The notes beneath the pieces were generated by a model. The model ran no database searches and was not told the DNA's origin. It saw nothing but the letters and a program-made list of their open reading frames with translations. Made by a program: the position numbers and the translations under genes. A stretch of 64,000 nt of DNA from Octopus bimaculoides (taxonomy: Eukaryota), in the NCBI RefSeq assembly GCF_001194135.2, contig NC_069003.1:10404684-10468683 (forward strand), written 5' to 3'. Positions 50,301 to 62,514 of the stretch are shown piece by piece (the stretch's first letter is position 1; every line of letters begins with the position of its first letter).

Positions 50301-50974
50301 TTATTGCAGTATGAAGCATAGGGTATTAAAATACCATACCGTCTTATATATATACATATATATATAAGGACACATGTGACAATGTGGTTTTGGGTTTCCT
50401 GAATGTAGAAAATAAATGAGGTGGGCATGGCCGGAACACCTTTGATCAAAGTGACCTGGAACTAAACAACATCATCATTTACTGTCCATGTTCTATGCTG
50501 CCATAAGCTTGATGGGATCCGAGGGGCCCAAAGATCTGCACTACGCTCCAGAGTTTGCTTTGACAGGGTTTCTGCAGCTGGATACCTTCTTAGTGCCAAC
50601 AACTGTACAGAGGGTACTGGGTGCTTATTAATTCTAAGATCAAACTCAATGCCTTGGGAAAAATAACTGGACCCACGTATCAGGTGGTGGTGGTGTTAGA
50701 CTGAGCAATGCATTACATCCACCACCATTGGAAAACTTAAAGTAGGAATGGAACAAAGCCTCAACTTAGAACAACTGAATTCAGTTTATGTGAAATTTAC
50801 TAGATATCTTAACTTTTCCATAAAATTCCACAAACACACAGTTGCACACAATAGAGTTTAGACTATTTTTCATTTTCATTCATAGAAATACAGGAGTTTC
50901 TTTCAAGTGGGTTTTACACAGAGAATTCATTTCAAAAAGAAATTCATATATATATATATATAAACACATACATA

Positions 50975-51203
50975 CAGGGTGTTCATAAATTATCTTTACA
51001 ACTTCTATAATTTATTGAATCTATCCAAGTTGAAATCCATCAAGTTGCATGCAACCAATGGAACCCACACAGAAAAATTCTGATGTTTCTACTTAAATTT
51101 GATTTCATTGTCTATGTTTTCCATTAAACTCTACTGAATTATTCTTATTTTTCACTTTTTTATCTTGAAGTTTTAAAATTGTAGAGATAATTTATGAACA
51201 CCT

Positions 51204-51205
<2 letters not shown>
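50975..51205. mobile_element. Tc1/mariner-type MITE
   Basis: TA-flanked TIRs cagggtgttcataaattatctttacaa / ttgtagagataatttatgaacaccttg. Confidence 0.9.
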
Positions 51206-51253
<48 letters not shown>

Positions 51254-51255
51254 CA

Positions 51256-51622
51256 CAGGGTGATTCAAAAGACTCCATGCGTAGAAAAATTTATAAGATC
51301 CCTTAGTTTATAAGATCCCCTAGATCTCCTGATCTGACCCCTCTTGATTTCTATCTTTGGGGGCATTTGAAAGGCATGGTGTATCACGGAAAGATAAAAG
51401 ACATAAATCATTTGAAGGAACGCATCACCAACTCATTCGCACAGGTATCATCAGATGTGCTATTATGAGTTCACAATGAGTTGGGTAAACGTATTACAAT
51501 GTGTATTTAAAACAATGGTAACCATATAAAGACTGTTAAATAAAACAAAAAACTGTTCTTATAAACTGTTTCTTTTAAAAAGATAACCTGTGCCTATGTA
51601 TGACGACTTCTGAATCACCCTG
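51256..51622 (+). mobile_element. Internally deleted Tc1-like transposon
   Basis: TIRs cagggtgattca / tgaatcaccctg; transposase tail PRSPDLTPLDFYLWGHLKGMVY. Confidence 0.9.
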
Positions 51623-51712
51623 TATGTATATATATATATATATATACTAATACATCCTTTTGTTATTTACACCACCTGTCCTCGTCTGTTGTTGTTTTTT
51701 CGTACATTCTCC

Positions 51713-51752
<40 letters not shown>

Positions 51753-52177
51753 AAATTAAACTACTCTGTATAAGCATGTCTGAGTCATCATCATCATCAT
51801 CATCGTCGTTTAACGTCCACTTTCCATGCTAGCATGGGTTGGATGTTAAATTATAATAGGTTATAAGCATTTACGTGTCATGGTGATGTAAATGTGTGTT
51901 TGATGTGTATAAAGCATAGCCATGCATGCATGTGTGTGTGTATATATATATTTATATATATGCAGGAATGCTTGCAGCATAAAGTTATGAATATATACAT
52001 GTGTATGCAGATGTCTATAGTGTTATTGGTAGCAATTACTTTTAGCATCAGAAAGGTTTGGTTGGCATGTGCATGTATGTGCGCACATTTATGTGAATAG
52101 GTGTGTGTGTGTGTGTGTGTATATATTGCTTGTACTTTTGTCTCAACAAATATACATGAAGCACTGTAAATAAATAA

Positions 52178-52219
<42 letters not shown>

Positions 52220-52385
52220 TCAGTTGTTTAGATATCAGAAAAATAATGCTAAAACATTAAAACAATTAAATATATTTTTTAAGAAGTTAATTGTTTTGGC
52301 TGGTCATATACTGGTAAGTGCTTTACAGGTGTGAGTCCAATGGTCACTCTATGAATGGCCATAGCAACTAACTTCCTAAAATAAA

Positions 52386-52425
<40 letters not shown>

Positions 52426-53320
52426 CATACACACACACATGTATATGTATTGTACATTTTGCATACATACAGATTTATACATATATATACACACACACAC
52501 ACATATATTACTATATATTACCAGTAAACAAAGTAACAAAGAAATATGTGTGTGCCTGTATATAGATGTGTATATTCTAAATCAGTTCAATATAATAAAC
52601 AAGAGCTTTCTTTGAATTAAATAAAACCTATTTTTTTGCATTGATATTCAAAGCATCTCATCTGCTCTCTCCAGACAGACAGACAGACAGATGTCGTCCA
52701 GACATTCGGACATTTTGGGGAGGAACTACATCGCATCTTTCTTCCACACTGCCAACAAATAAATACAGTTTAGATATTTGAAGAATTCCAAACAGCTGCA
52801 GGAACCATATTTCCATTCCCATCCATTATACTGAATAGCACAGGCATAATTGCTTGAGGTCCACCACATAAACCTCGAGCTACAGTAACTCAATGATTAT
52901 CTCCCTTGGAAATGTTAAACAAAGCAGTTTACTTACTTTATAAGCTTTGAAGTTGTGCATCTGCTGTCCATGGATTGAGGTTATATTTTCAACTCATTGT
53001 ACTGTCTCAGGATGTAAGAGTTACATCAACACATGTACACACACAGGGTTTACTTTATGTGTATAGGTATATATATATACACACACAAATATGACTGAGT
53101 ATGTGTATACATGTGGGAGTATATATATAGCTATTAACTTTCACAAAGAAAAGGCTGATAGTCAATCTTTTCTTTGTCAAAGTTTAATAAACATGTACTT
53201 AATTAAAAAGTATTGAGTAACCCTTCAGTTTAATGTTAAATTGTTTTTTTTCCTTATATATAACATCAAAAACACACACAAGCATACACATATATATGTA
53301 AATTTATATTCTTTATTCTT

Positions 53321-53450
53321 GTATTAAGGCTACCATTGGTTTTATGTTAAAGAATACCTCAACAATTATCAAGCCTATCGGATGGAACTTCAGTGATAGG
53401 CTTGATAACTTAAGTATTCTTTAACATGAAACCAATGGTAGCCTTAATAC
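53321..53450. other. Hairpin/MITE with about 57-bp arms
   Basis: gtattaaggctaccattggt...ttatcaagcctatc pairs with gataggcttgataa...accaatggtagccttaatac; 15-nt loop. Confidence 0.9.
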
Positions 53451-53460
53451 ACAAGTAAAG

Positions 53461-53496
<36 letters not shown>

Positions 53497-54387
53497 TCAC
53501 ACATACATGTAAATAATGTGTGTGTGTGGAAGTGTGTACATGCACAACAGTGCATATGTTTAATAAATGTTGGTAATGTTAAGATCAGTCTCTTGAGATG
53601 GGATTATCCAACTTGTTTCTGTTTTTTGGCATTCGTGTCTGATAGATTAATTAATTAATTAGTTAACCACTCATTCCTTTATTCCTGCTTAATTCCATTC
53701 TCAGACATTCCAAAACTCAAACGTGAAATATCCAAAGATTTAACGAAGTAAGTTATCCAAACAATCTATCGTCAGTTCAAAGTAATATATCAAGGCTTTT
53801 TCACAGACAAGATGAGTGGCATCATAAAAAGTTATCATTGTAATCATCATCATCATCATTATGACTATTATTATCATATTTTCCTTTCTTCCTTCTTATG
53901 CTATATACCGTTTAAGGTAAGGTAAGAGTACTGACAGCTGGCATTAGAGTTATCAAAACTTCCAGTCTCATAGTGGCTGTTGCATTGTGTTCTTAGACAA
54001 AAACCTCAACTCTGTTTGGCAAATGGATTTGTGTCAAGGAAATATTTCTTCCTGATTTTTCATCTGCATTTCTTCATCTTCTGATTAACATAATAATAAT
54101 AATAATAATAATAATTATCATTATTATTATTACAAGCATTACTGTTACTATTATCATTAGTTTAGTAGTTCTCCGTCTTGAAAACACAAGAGGAAAAACT
54201 GCAGTCTTTTTTGGTATATTTTTACACATTTTGTGTCTTCAGAAGAAAAGTTTTTTTTATTTTTGTTTTTGGATGATTGAAATACAATGACAGAATTGAT
54301 TCTTCACAGCTTAGCATTACATTATCATCATCATCCTCATCACCATATTATTCTTTTGTCAGCTTGCAAGATGAAGGACAGAAGCAG

Positions 54388-54440
<53 letters not shown>

Positions 54441-54678
54441 CATACACACACATATATGCATATATATACATACATACACACACATACATGCATACATACA
54501 TACATACATACATACATACATACACTAAACGTATGCAAACATTACACACGAGTACAATTATGTATATATATATATATGTGTGTGTGTGTGTATGTGTGTG
54601 TGTGTGTGTATGTGTGTGTGTGAATGTGTGTGTTGTTATTTGATTTATTTTTGAGGCTGTTGGCAATTGGTATAGTCA

Positions 54679-54826
54679 TCAACTGTTCAAAGACGACAAC
54701 ATGAAGTCATCACTGGAGAAAGAGCTCCCCACATTGTTGGGTTCATACATCTGCTGGAAATCTGTGGACTTTACTTCAGGAAACAGGTGAAGGAATATCG
54801 TGTCCAAGAGACAGAAGAGGAAATGC
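54679..54826 (-). CDS. SNX19-like: Sorting nexin (PXA-PX-PXC family) last coding exon (RHFLFCLLDTIFLHLFPEVK...LNS*)
   Basis: Minus-strand acceptor ttattgctattttccag, phase 2 entry, TGA at 54679-54681. NRHFLFCLLD..F..LFPE fits the end of the Nexin_C (PXC) domain (SNX19 NRHLIYCL; SNX14 NKQLTYVLLD...LFPE). Confidence 0.85.
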
Positions 54827-54894
54827 CTGGAAAATAGCAATAATGATGATAATAATAATGCTAGTAACAACTATAATAATAATAATAATAATAA

Positions 54895-55730
54895 TCATAT
54901 TAATACTTTCTACTAAAGTCACAAGGCCTGAAATTTGGAGAAAGGGGATTGTTGATTATATAGACTCAACTGGTACTTAATTTATCAACCCCAAAAGGAT
55001 GAAAGGCAAATTTGACCTCAGCGGAATTTGAACTCAGAACTTAAGGATGGACGAAATGCTAAGCATTTTGCCTGACATGCTAATGATTCTGCTAGCTTGC
55101 CACCTTAATGATAATAATAATAATAATGGTTTCAAACTTAGGCACAGGGCCAGTAATATTAGGGGAGGGATAAGTCAGTTATATCGACCTATGTATTCAA
55201 CTAGTACTTATTTTATTGACCCTGAAGAGATGAAAGAGAAAATCAGCCATGGCAGGATTTGAACTCAGAATGTGAAGACAAACGAAATGATTTTAAGCAT
55301 TTTGTCTGGCATGCTAACAATTCTGTCAGCTTGCCACCTTAATAATAATGATAATAATAATAACAATACTTTCTACTAAAGGTACAAGAACTGAAATCCC
55401 AGGGGAGGGAACCAGTCGATTACAATGACCCCAGTATCTCACTGGTACTCAAATTATCGACCCTGAAAGGGATGAAAGGCAAAGTTGACCTTGGTAGAAT
55501 TTGAACCCAGAACAAAGATGGATGAAATACTGCTAAACATTTCTCCCAGCGTGCCAATGACTCAGCCAGCTCTACGAACCACATGGTTCTGAGTACTTAT
55601 TTCATTGACCCCTAAAGGATGAAAGGCAAAGTCAACCTTGGCAGAATTTGAACTCTGAACGTAGCAGCAGACAAAATGTCACTAAGCATTTCGCCCGGCG
55701 TGCTAACAATTCTGCCAACTTGCCACCTTC

Positions 55731-55735
<5 letters not shown>
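54895..55735 (-). mobile_element. Head-to-tail array of 4 family B SINEs with (ATT)n spacers, filling the last sorting-nexin intron
   Basis: Units at about 54895-55105, 55130-55340, 55367-55575 and 55590-55735. Confidence 0.88.
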
Positions 55736-55765
<30 letters not shown>

Positions 55766-55775
55766 TGATACAAAC

Positions 55776-55863
55776 CTGTTGAGCCTCTGACACTGGATAG
55801 CTGCGATGAGTTGTGAGATGGCATGTTGTACATTTTCTTCCCCAATGAACAACACAAGTAAAC
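55776..55863 (-). CDS. SNX19-like: Sorting nexin PXC exon (CLLVLFIGEENVQHAISQLIAAIQCQRLNR)
   Basis: Acceptor cctattttcttgcag, donor aacag|gtttgt, 88 nt, phase 1 to 2. IGEEN...LQ...LN is typical of Nexin_C. Confidence 0.88.
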
Positions 55864-56234
55864 CTGCAAGAAAATAGGGACCAATAAAATATCAAATCAT
55901 GTCATACCCATAACATTCCTGTTGTGTGTGTGTGTGTGGGGGGGGGCACTTGGTATATTTTCAAGACAATCTTTTCCAATTCCTCTTGGTCTCAGTTTCG
56001 GTCTTTATGCCTCCTCAAATTCTAACCCCAGTCCATAGCTCATAACAACCCTGAGCCAGCCTCTCCTGGGCTGATCTCTTCTCATTTTTAATTGTTATTT
56101 TATCAACCATGATTTAATTGTTATTTTATCAACCATGATTGTATGTGTAAACATCTCAGTCATTCTAATGGTGTCACCCAGCACTGGATTAACCATTAAG
56201 CAAAATAAATACATGCTTAGGACATCAAGGGAAG

Positions 56235-56390
56235 TGGGTGGTACCAAAAACAACATGGACGAGGTTCACAGAAGCTGAAGCACTGGCAGGCAGCTACACC
56301 TGGGGACAACTGCAATCCATTGCTGAAGATCAAGGTAGACAGAGATCTCTCGTTGGTGCCCTATGTTTAACATGGAGACAAAGGGATGAA
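56235..56390 (+). pseudogene. RTE LINE 3' fragment
   Basis: PKTTW...TWGQLQSIAEDQGR.RSLVGALC matches the RTE C-terminus GRPKxTW...TWxQLxxxAQDRxxWRxLVxALC. Confidence 0.65.
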
Positions 56391-57527
56391 AAAGATTCAA
56401 CCATCTCCCTATAGGATGCCCAGAGCTTTGGATCTGTGAATTTCAATTAGCTGCTCCACTGAATATCCATGTGCAGTAGCTAGCTTTCTTGACTCATAAG
56501 TTTTCTGACTTGGTATTACACAAAAATAACAACAGACATACAGAACAGAAACAGATTAGACAGTAGAGGTAAAATTTTATTGACAAAACAGGGAACCTTA
56601 AATGTGTAGTTTGGCTTACTAGACTTAGTAGCCAAATCTCCCTCAAATCACATCCTACTGTCTTATATATATATTTTCTAATGAAGAAAAATGGAAGGAT
56701 GAGTGTATTTATCTTCTTAGGTTATTCCTTTTTTTAGCCAATTCAATGGAAGAAAAGAAACACTCATGATGTCATCATAGAATCTCTGGTTGATTGAGAT
56801 GCAGAAAAACAAGGAAGAACAATGGTTACTGCAGTATGAAGCATAGGGTATTAAAATACCATACCATCTTATATATATACATATATATAAGGACACATGC
56901 GACAATGTGGTTTGGGGTTTCCTGAATGTAGAAAATAAATGAGGTGGGCATGGCTGGAAAACCTTTGATCAAAGTGACCTAGAACTAAACATCATCATTA
57001 TTTACAGCCCATGTTCTATACTGCCATAAGTTGGGCAGCTTGGTGGGATCCGAGGGGGCCTAAGGAACTGCACTACGCTCCAGAGTCTACTTTGACATGG
57101 TTTCAGCCGATGGATACCCTTCCTAATGCCAACAACTTTACAGAGTATACTGGGTGCTTTTCTATGCTGCTACAAATAGTGAAGTCAGCAGACAGCTTAC
57201 AAGACTAAGAGGCCCAAGGTGGGGAGGTGGCTTTACATTGGGAGACGAGGGATTAAAGTATGAGAGGAGGAGCCAGAATGGAATAGAGTCCATGCTGCAG
57301 GGAAACTACATGACAACCCCCACTTTAGAAGAGGGAGAGGATGAGGATGATTGGGTGGAGCTGGGAAGAGATGAAAATAGGGGTGATGAAGTGCCAGGAT
57401 GGAATTTCCACCCATCTCATGGTAGACAGAAACAAACAGAGCAGAGGGACCAGGGGTAAGGGTAAGGGTGAGTAGAGGTTGCAAGAGAGTACAGGGTGGG
57501 ATGAGAAAAGATTGAGATAAAACTCAC

Positions 57528-57712
57528 ATGGAAACAAGTCAAAAATATACTGTTTGGCTTTTTCTTTGGTAGCTTCCATTTCGGCAGGGGTTTTCACAGG
57601 TGTCGTCTTGCATTCTGCTTTGGTATTGGGCCAGAGCTTCTCGCGTAGTAGTTGCAGATAGTAACGGCACTGAGTCTGTGAGGTGGCTTCATGGAGTTTC
57701 TTCTGCAGCCAA
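57528..57712 (-). CDS. SNX19-like: Sorting nexin PXC exon (WLQKKLHEATSQTQCRYYLQLLREKLWPN...AKQYIFDLFP)
   Basis: Acceptor tgtttcactccacag, donor ccat|gtgagt, 185 nt, phase 2 to 1. WL......S......YL.LL.E.LWP matches the Nexin_C core. Confidence 0.88.
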
Positions 57713-58269
57713 CTGTGGAGTGAAACATATGGTGAAATGTTAAATCAACAGCATTAGCCATCCCCTAGTTTATGAAAAAAATACAAAAATCCTTTTATAG
57801 AACTGTGTGCTTCACAGTTCCAGTGACATGGCGTTTGGCTGTTGTGCACATGCTCACATGTCTGAGATAGGAAGCTTCATGCTAGGGAGAGAGAGCATGG
57901 TTGTTCATGCAGTGCCGACCCTGGTGTGTAAGTGAAAGGTAGTGTTTCATTTTGACTCTGCATGTGTTGTGCTTAAAAACGTGTTTATATTCTTGAATGT
58001 GGTAAAAATGTAGAATTAGATTATTATCCTGCTTCCAGCTTCAATGTTGCTGCCAGGATTTGAAAAATTGGGCAGATTTTTTCCCCCTTATTTTGTGATT
58101 TAGGGGGTGGAATTTTGAAAAACAAGGAGGAATTTGCGGCAATGTTCAGTGAACAAATTAAACACACTACCAATCATGTTTATGTATGTATATTCTTTTT
58201 ATATGTTTGTTTCTTTTTACGCAATATTAAAACAATGGCTAAACATTTTCTGAAGCGGCACCTCCACTA

Positions 58270-58677
58270 ATCTTATCTACGAGCTGCCACTTATCATCAT
58301 CATCATCCTCATCACAATCAGGGTAGTTATTAGGGTAGGTATTCTAATTATCATTGTCATCACTACTACTGCCACAGTCATCCTCATCATCATCACCAGT
58401 CAACTCTCCTTCTCCTCATCATCATCATCTATATCATCATCATCATCCATACCATCAGTTTCATCACCATCACTCTCACATCATCATCATCTTCATCAGC
58501 ATCACCACTGGCAATCATCACCATCATCATTATCCATATCATCTGTATCAAATATATTACCGCCATCATCATCATCATCATCACAATGATCATTTATATC
58601 GTCATTGTCGCCACCATCATCACCATGATCATGATGATGACAATCACCAGTCACCATCATCATCATCATCATTATTA

Positions 58678-58714
<37 letters not shown>

Positions 58715-58885
58715 CATCATCAACACTACCACTGCATCGTCATCATCTATATCATCATAATCATCATCAGTATCATCATCGACAACCATCCTCATCAGCA
58801 TCACCACCATTATCATCGCCAGCCACCACCAACACCCTTATCATCATCGTCATCATCATCATCATCGTCGTCATCTTGCAGTCAT
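58270..58885. repeat. (ATC/ATT)n tract
   Basis: Direct. Confidence 0.95.
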
Positions 58886-59869
58886 TGATATCATGGTTGT
58901 CATGGAAATACGAAATGTCAAAACAGTATAGACAGATATTGATTTTTGGGGAGTTTTTTTTGTGCGTTTTTTTGTATCTTTTTATAAAGTCAAAAGGCCA
59001 CACAGATGTAAAGGGGGGAGGGCAGGAAAGTATGAAGGACAGGAGAAGGGGAAAGGAGAGGAGGTGAGGAACGGGGTCAGAGAATCTAAATCAGTCCATG
59101 TACACACACACACACACACACACANNNNNNNNNNNNNNNNNNNNNNNNNNNNNNNNNNNNNNNNNNNNNNNNNNNNNNNNNNNNNNNNNNNNNNNNNNNN
59201 NNNNNNNNNNNNNNNNNNNNNNNNNNNNNNNNNNNNNNNNNNNNNNNNNNNNNNNNNNNNNNNNNNNNNNNNNNNNNNNNNNNNNNNNNNNNNNNNNNNN
59301 NNNNNNNTATATATATATATATATATATATATATGAACTGACATTTTAATTATTTATTATTCCCACTACACTCTCTGAGTGGTTGGCGTTAGGAAGGGCA
59401 TCCAGCTGTAGAAACTCTGCCAAATTAGATTGGAGCCTGGTGTTGCCATCCGGTTTCACCAGTCCTCAGTCAAATCGTCCAACCCATGCTAGTATGGAAA
59501 GCGGACGTTAAATGGTGATGATGATGATGACATGAGGATAGAGAGCAAATTTGAGCACAATGAGATCTGAAATCAGAACCCAAAGATTGAAACCATATTT
59601 CACTGCCCTTTCGATGCCTCGGTAGAAACGAATAACAAATTGGGAGTGCAAAATGCCAAAACCATGAACATACTTTTAATGTATTGCTCTATGATAGGGA
59701 CAGATGGATATTTGGTGGGTATATTTAAGTGAAGTGTAGGACAGGGACCATGGGCAAATGTAAAAAAAAAAAATTTTTTAATCCCGAATGCAAAACCAAA
59801 AATCCAAAGAGGGACAACAATGATGATAGGGAGACAGTTTGACACAGAATGGGGTTAAAATTAGCCCTA

Positions 59870-60947
59870 TTATTGATTTCAAATATTGGCATAAGGCCAG
59901 CAATTTCAGGGGAGGAGATAAACCTATTACATCAAGCCAATGTTCTACTTAATTTATCGACCCCCCTAAAGGATGAAAGGTAAAATAGATCTTGGTGGAA
60001 TTTGAACTCAGAACATAAAGACAGATGAAATGCCACCGAGCATTTTGCCTGACACAGCAACGATTCTGCCAGTTCACCGCCTTAATAATAATAATAATAA
60101 TAATAATAATCCTTTCTACAATAGACACAAGGCCTGAAATTTAGGGGCAGGGGATAATCGATTATATCAACCCAAGTGTTCATCTGGTACTTAATTTATC
60201 AACCTTGAAAGGATAAAAGGCAAAGTCAATCCCAGCTGTATTTGAACTCAGAACATGAATTCCAAAGAAATGCTGCTAAGCGTTTTGCCCGNNNNNNNNN
60301 NNNNNNNNNNNNNNNNNNNNNNNNNNNNNNNNNNNNNNNNNNNNNNNNNNNNNNNNNNNNNNNNNNNNNNNNNNNNNNNNNNNNNNNNNNNNNNNNNNNN
60401 NNNNNNNNNNNNNNNNNNNNNNNNNNNNNNNNNNNNNNNNNNNNNNNNNNNNNNNNNNNNNNNNNNNNNNNNNNNNNNNNNNNNNNNNNNNNNNNNNNNN
60501 NNNNNNNNNNNNNNNNNNNNNNNNNNNNNNNNNNNNNNNNNNNNNNNNNNNNNNNNNNNNNNNNNNNNNNNNNNNNNNNNNNNNNNNNNNNNNNNNNNNN
60601 NNNNNNNNNNNNNNNNNNNNNNNNNNNNNNNNNNNNNNNNNNNNNNNNNNNNNNNNNNNNNNNNNNNNNNNNNNNNNNNNNNNNNNNNNNNNNNNNNNNN
60701 NNNNNNNNNNNNNNNNNNNNNNNNNNNNNNNNNNNNNNNNNNNNNNNNNNNNNNNNNNNNNNNNNNNNNNNNNNNNNNNNNNNNNNNNNNNNNNNNNNNN
60801 NNNNNNNNNNNNNNNNNNNNNNNNNNNNNNNNNNNNNNNNNNNNNNNNNNNNNNNNNNNNNNNNNNNNNNNNNNNNNNNNNNNNNNNNNNNNNNNNNNNN
60901 NNNNNNNNNNNNNNNNNNNNNAGCAACGATTCTGCCAGTTCACCGCC

Positions 60948-60993
<46 letters not shown>

Positions 60994-61210
60994 TGATGAT
61001 GATGATGATAATTCTTTCTACTAAAGGCACAAGGCCTGATATTTTGGGGGAGGGGACTAGTCAATTACATCAACCCCAGTGTTTCACTGGTACTTAATTT
61101 ATTGACCCTGAAAGGAAGAAAGGCAAAGTCAACCTTGGCGGAATTGGAACCCAGGATGTGAAGACAGCTGAAATACTGCTAAGCATTTCGCCTGGCATGC
61201 TAACGATTCG
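59870..61210 (-). mobile_element. Head-to-tail family B SINE array interrupted by an N-gap
   Basis: Units at about 59870-60082, 60108-60291, 60922-60948 and 61012-61210 with (AAT)n spacers. Confidence 0.85.
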
Positions 61211-61213
61211 TGC

Positions 61214-61815
61214 AGGCACAACAAGGTAGCCCAAAACCTTCACTGGTTACTATGCCGGAAGTATGGATACAAGGTAATGGGAGCTTGGTACCAACATACA
61301 TTGAAAAAGATAATGGACACAAAGGGGAAGGCTAAAATCCTCTGGGATTTTGACTTGCAGACAGACAAGGTATTAGAGCACCGAAAGCCAGATATAGTAA
61401 CATTTAGCAGGGACAAACAAGAGTGCCTAATAATTGACATGGCAGTGGCAGGAGATCAATATATCATCATGAAAGAAAGAGAAAAAGTTGATAAATATTG
61501 AGACCTGAGAATTGAGATTGCTAAGATGTGGCAGCTACAAGAGTCAAACATAAAGGTTGTCCCTATTGTCATCGGAGCATTGGGTTCAATACCACCCAAG
61601 CTGCAAAAACATATGGAAACTTTAGAAATACCCTATAATCTACGCATATTGCAAAAATCAGCATTACTTGGAACTGCATGCATATTGCGTGAAGTAGTGT
61701 CTGTCTGAAGTCCTTGTTGTGACTTGACAGAGAGTACAAATCCTCAGTAGACACAATATCTTCAACCATCAACATCACGATATTGGATACTCTGTGACAT
61801 CTCAAATAATAATAA
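61214..61815 (+). mobile_element. 5'-truncated R4/Dong-clade non-LTR retrotransposon (restriction-like endonuclease domain)
   Basis: RHNKVAQNLHW..C...KILWDF..QTD....KPDIV...IIDMAV.GD....KEREKVDKY*DL..EIAKMW...VVPIVIGALG...LQKSALLGTA.ILR. One internal stop (61499-61501), natural stop at 61708, 3' UTR ending in aataataataa. Confidence 0.88.
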
Positions 61816-62170
61816 GGACCTGGAAATATTGAAATACGAAATATACGATGTCTTAAAGTGAGAACTGTTCCTGTTATTGTAGGTGCCCTAGGTATGATAA
61901 AAAAGTGATGTCAGAAAGTTCTAGATAACATCTCAGGAGAACCATGTCTCAGAGAAATTCAAAAGATTGTGCTAACACATAATACCCACATTCTTAGAAA
62001 AACCCAATCAATTTAAATGTCTGTGTTGTATTGCATGAAGATATTTTATTACTGCCCCTGCTACTTCGCCTCCCCAAGCTATTGGTCATACTGTAACATC
62101 TCTTATCCTTCACTCGCCCCAGGACACTAGAGTGTATCTCAGCAAATGATTGTAACAAACACGTAGATTA
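61816..62170 (+). mobile_element. Second, different R4/Dong-type RLE 3' fragment
   Basis: KDLEI...KVRTVPVIVGALGMIKK...LREIQKIVL...HILRK, with frameshift/stop decay. Confidence 0.75.
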
Positions 62171-62180
62171 AAAGTAAATA

Positions 62181-62386
62181 TATGTTGGCACTCCGTCGCT
62201 TATGACGTTGAGGGTTCCAGTTGATCCGATCAAGTTGTGGTGAAAGAGTACAGCAGGGTTCGCCACCATCCCCTGCCAGAGTCTCGTGGAGCTTTAGGTG
62301 TTTTCGCTCAATAAACACTCGCAACGCCCGGTCTGAGAATCGAAACCGCGATCCTATGACCGCGAGTCTGCTGCCCTAACCACTAA
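62181..62386 (-). mobile_element. SINE family C, slightly 5'-truncated and internally deleted, with TSD
   Basis: 11-bp TSD aaaagtaaata at 62170-62180 and 62387-62397. Confidence 0.9.
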
Positions 62387-62514
62387 AAAAGTAAATAACA
62401 GTAATATTATAGACTTGAAGAAACAATTCTGGTGGGAGGGCATAAACTAAACAATTAAAAAAACAATCCTTCCTTTACAACCACCACAACTATTACCAGC
62501 ACATGAACTTTTAC

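Noticed and set aside
52690-52905. Minus-strand frame GDNH*VTVARGLCGGPQ... as a possible selenoprotein
   Set aside because: It would need a 32-nt intron, matches no selenoprotein family I recognise, and I could not identify a SECIS.
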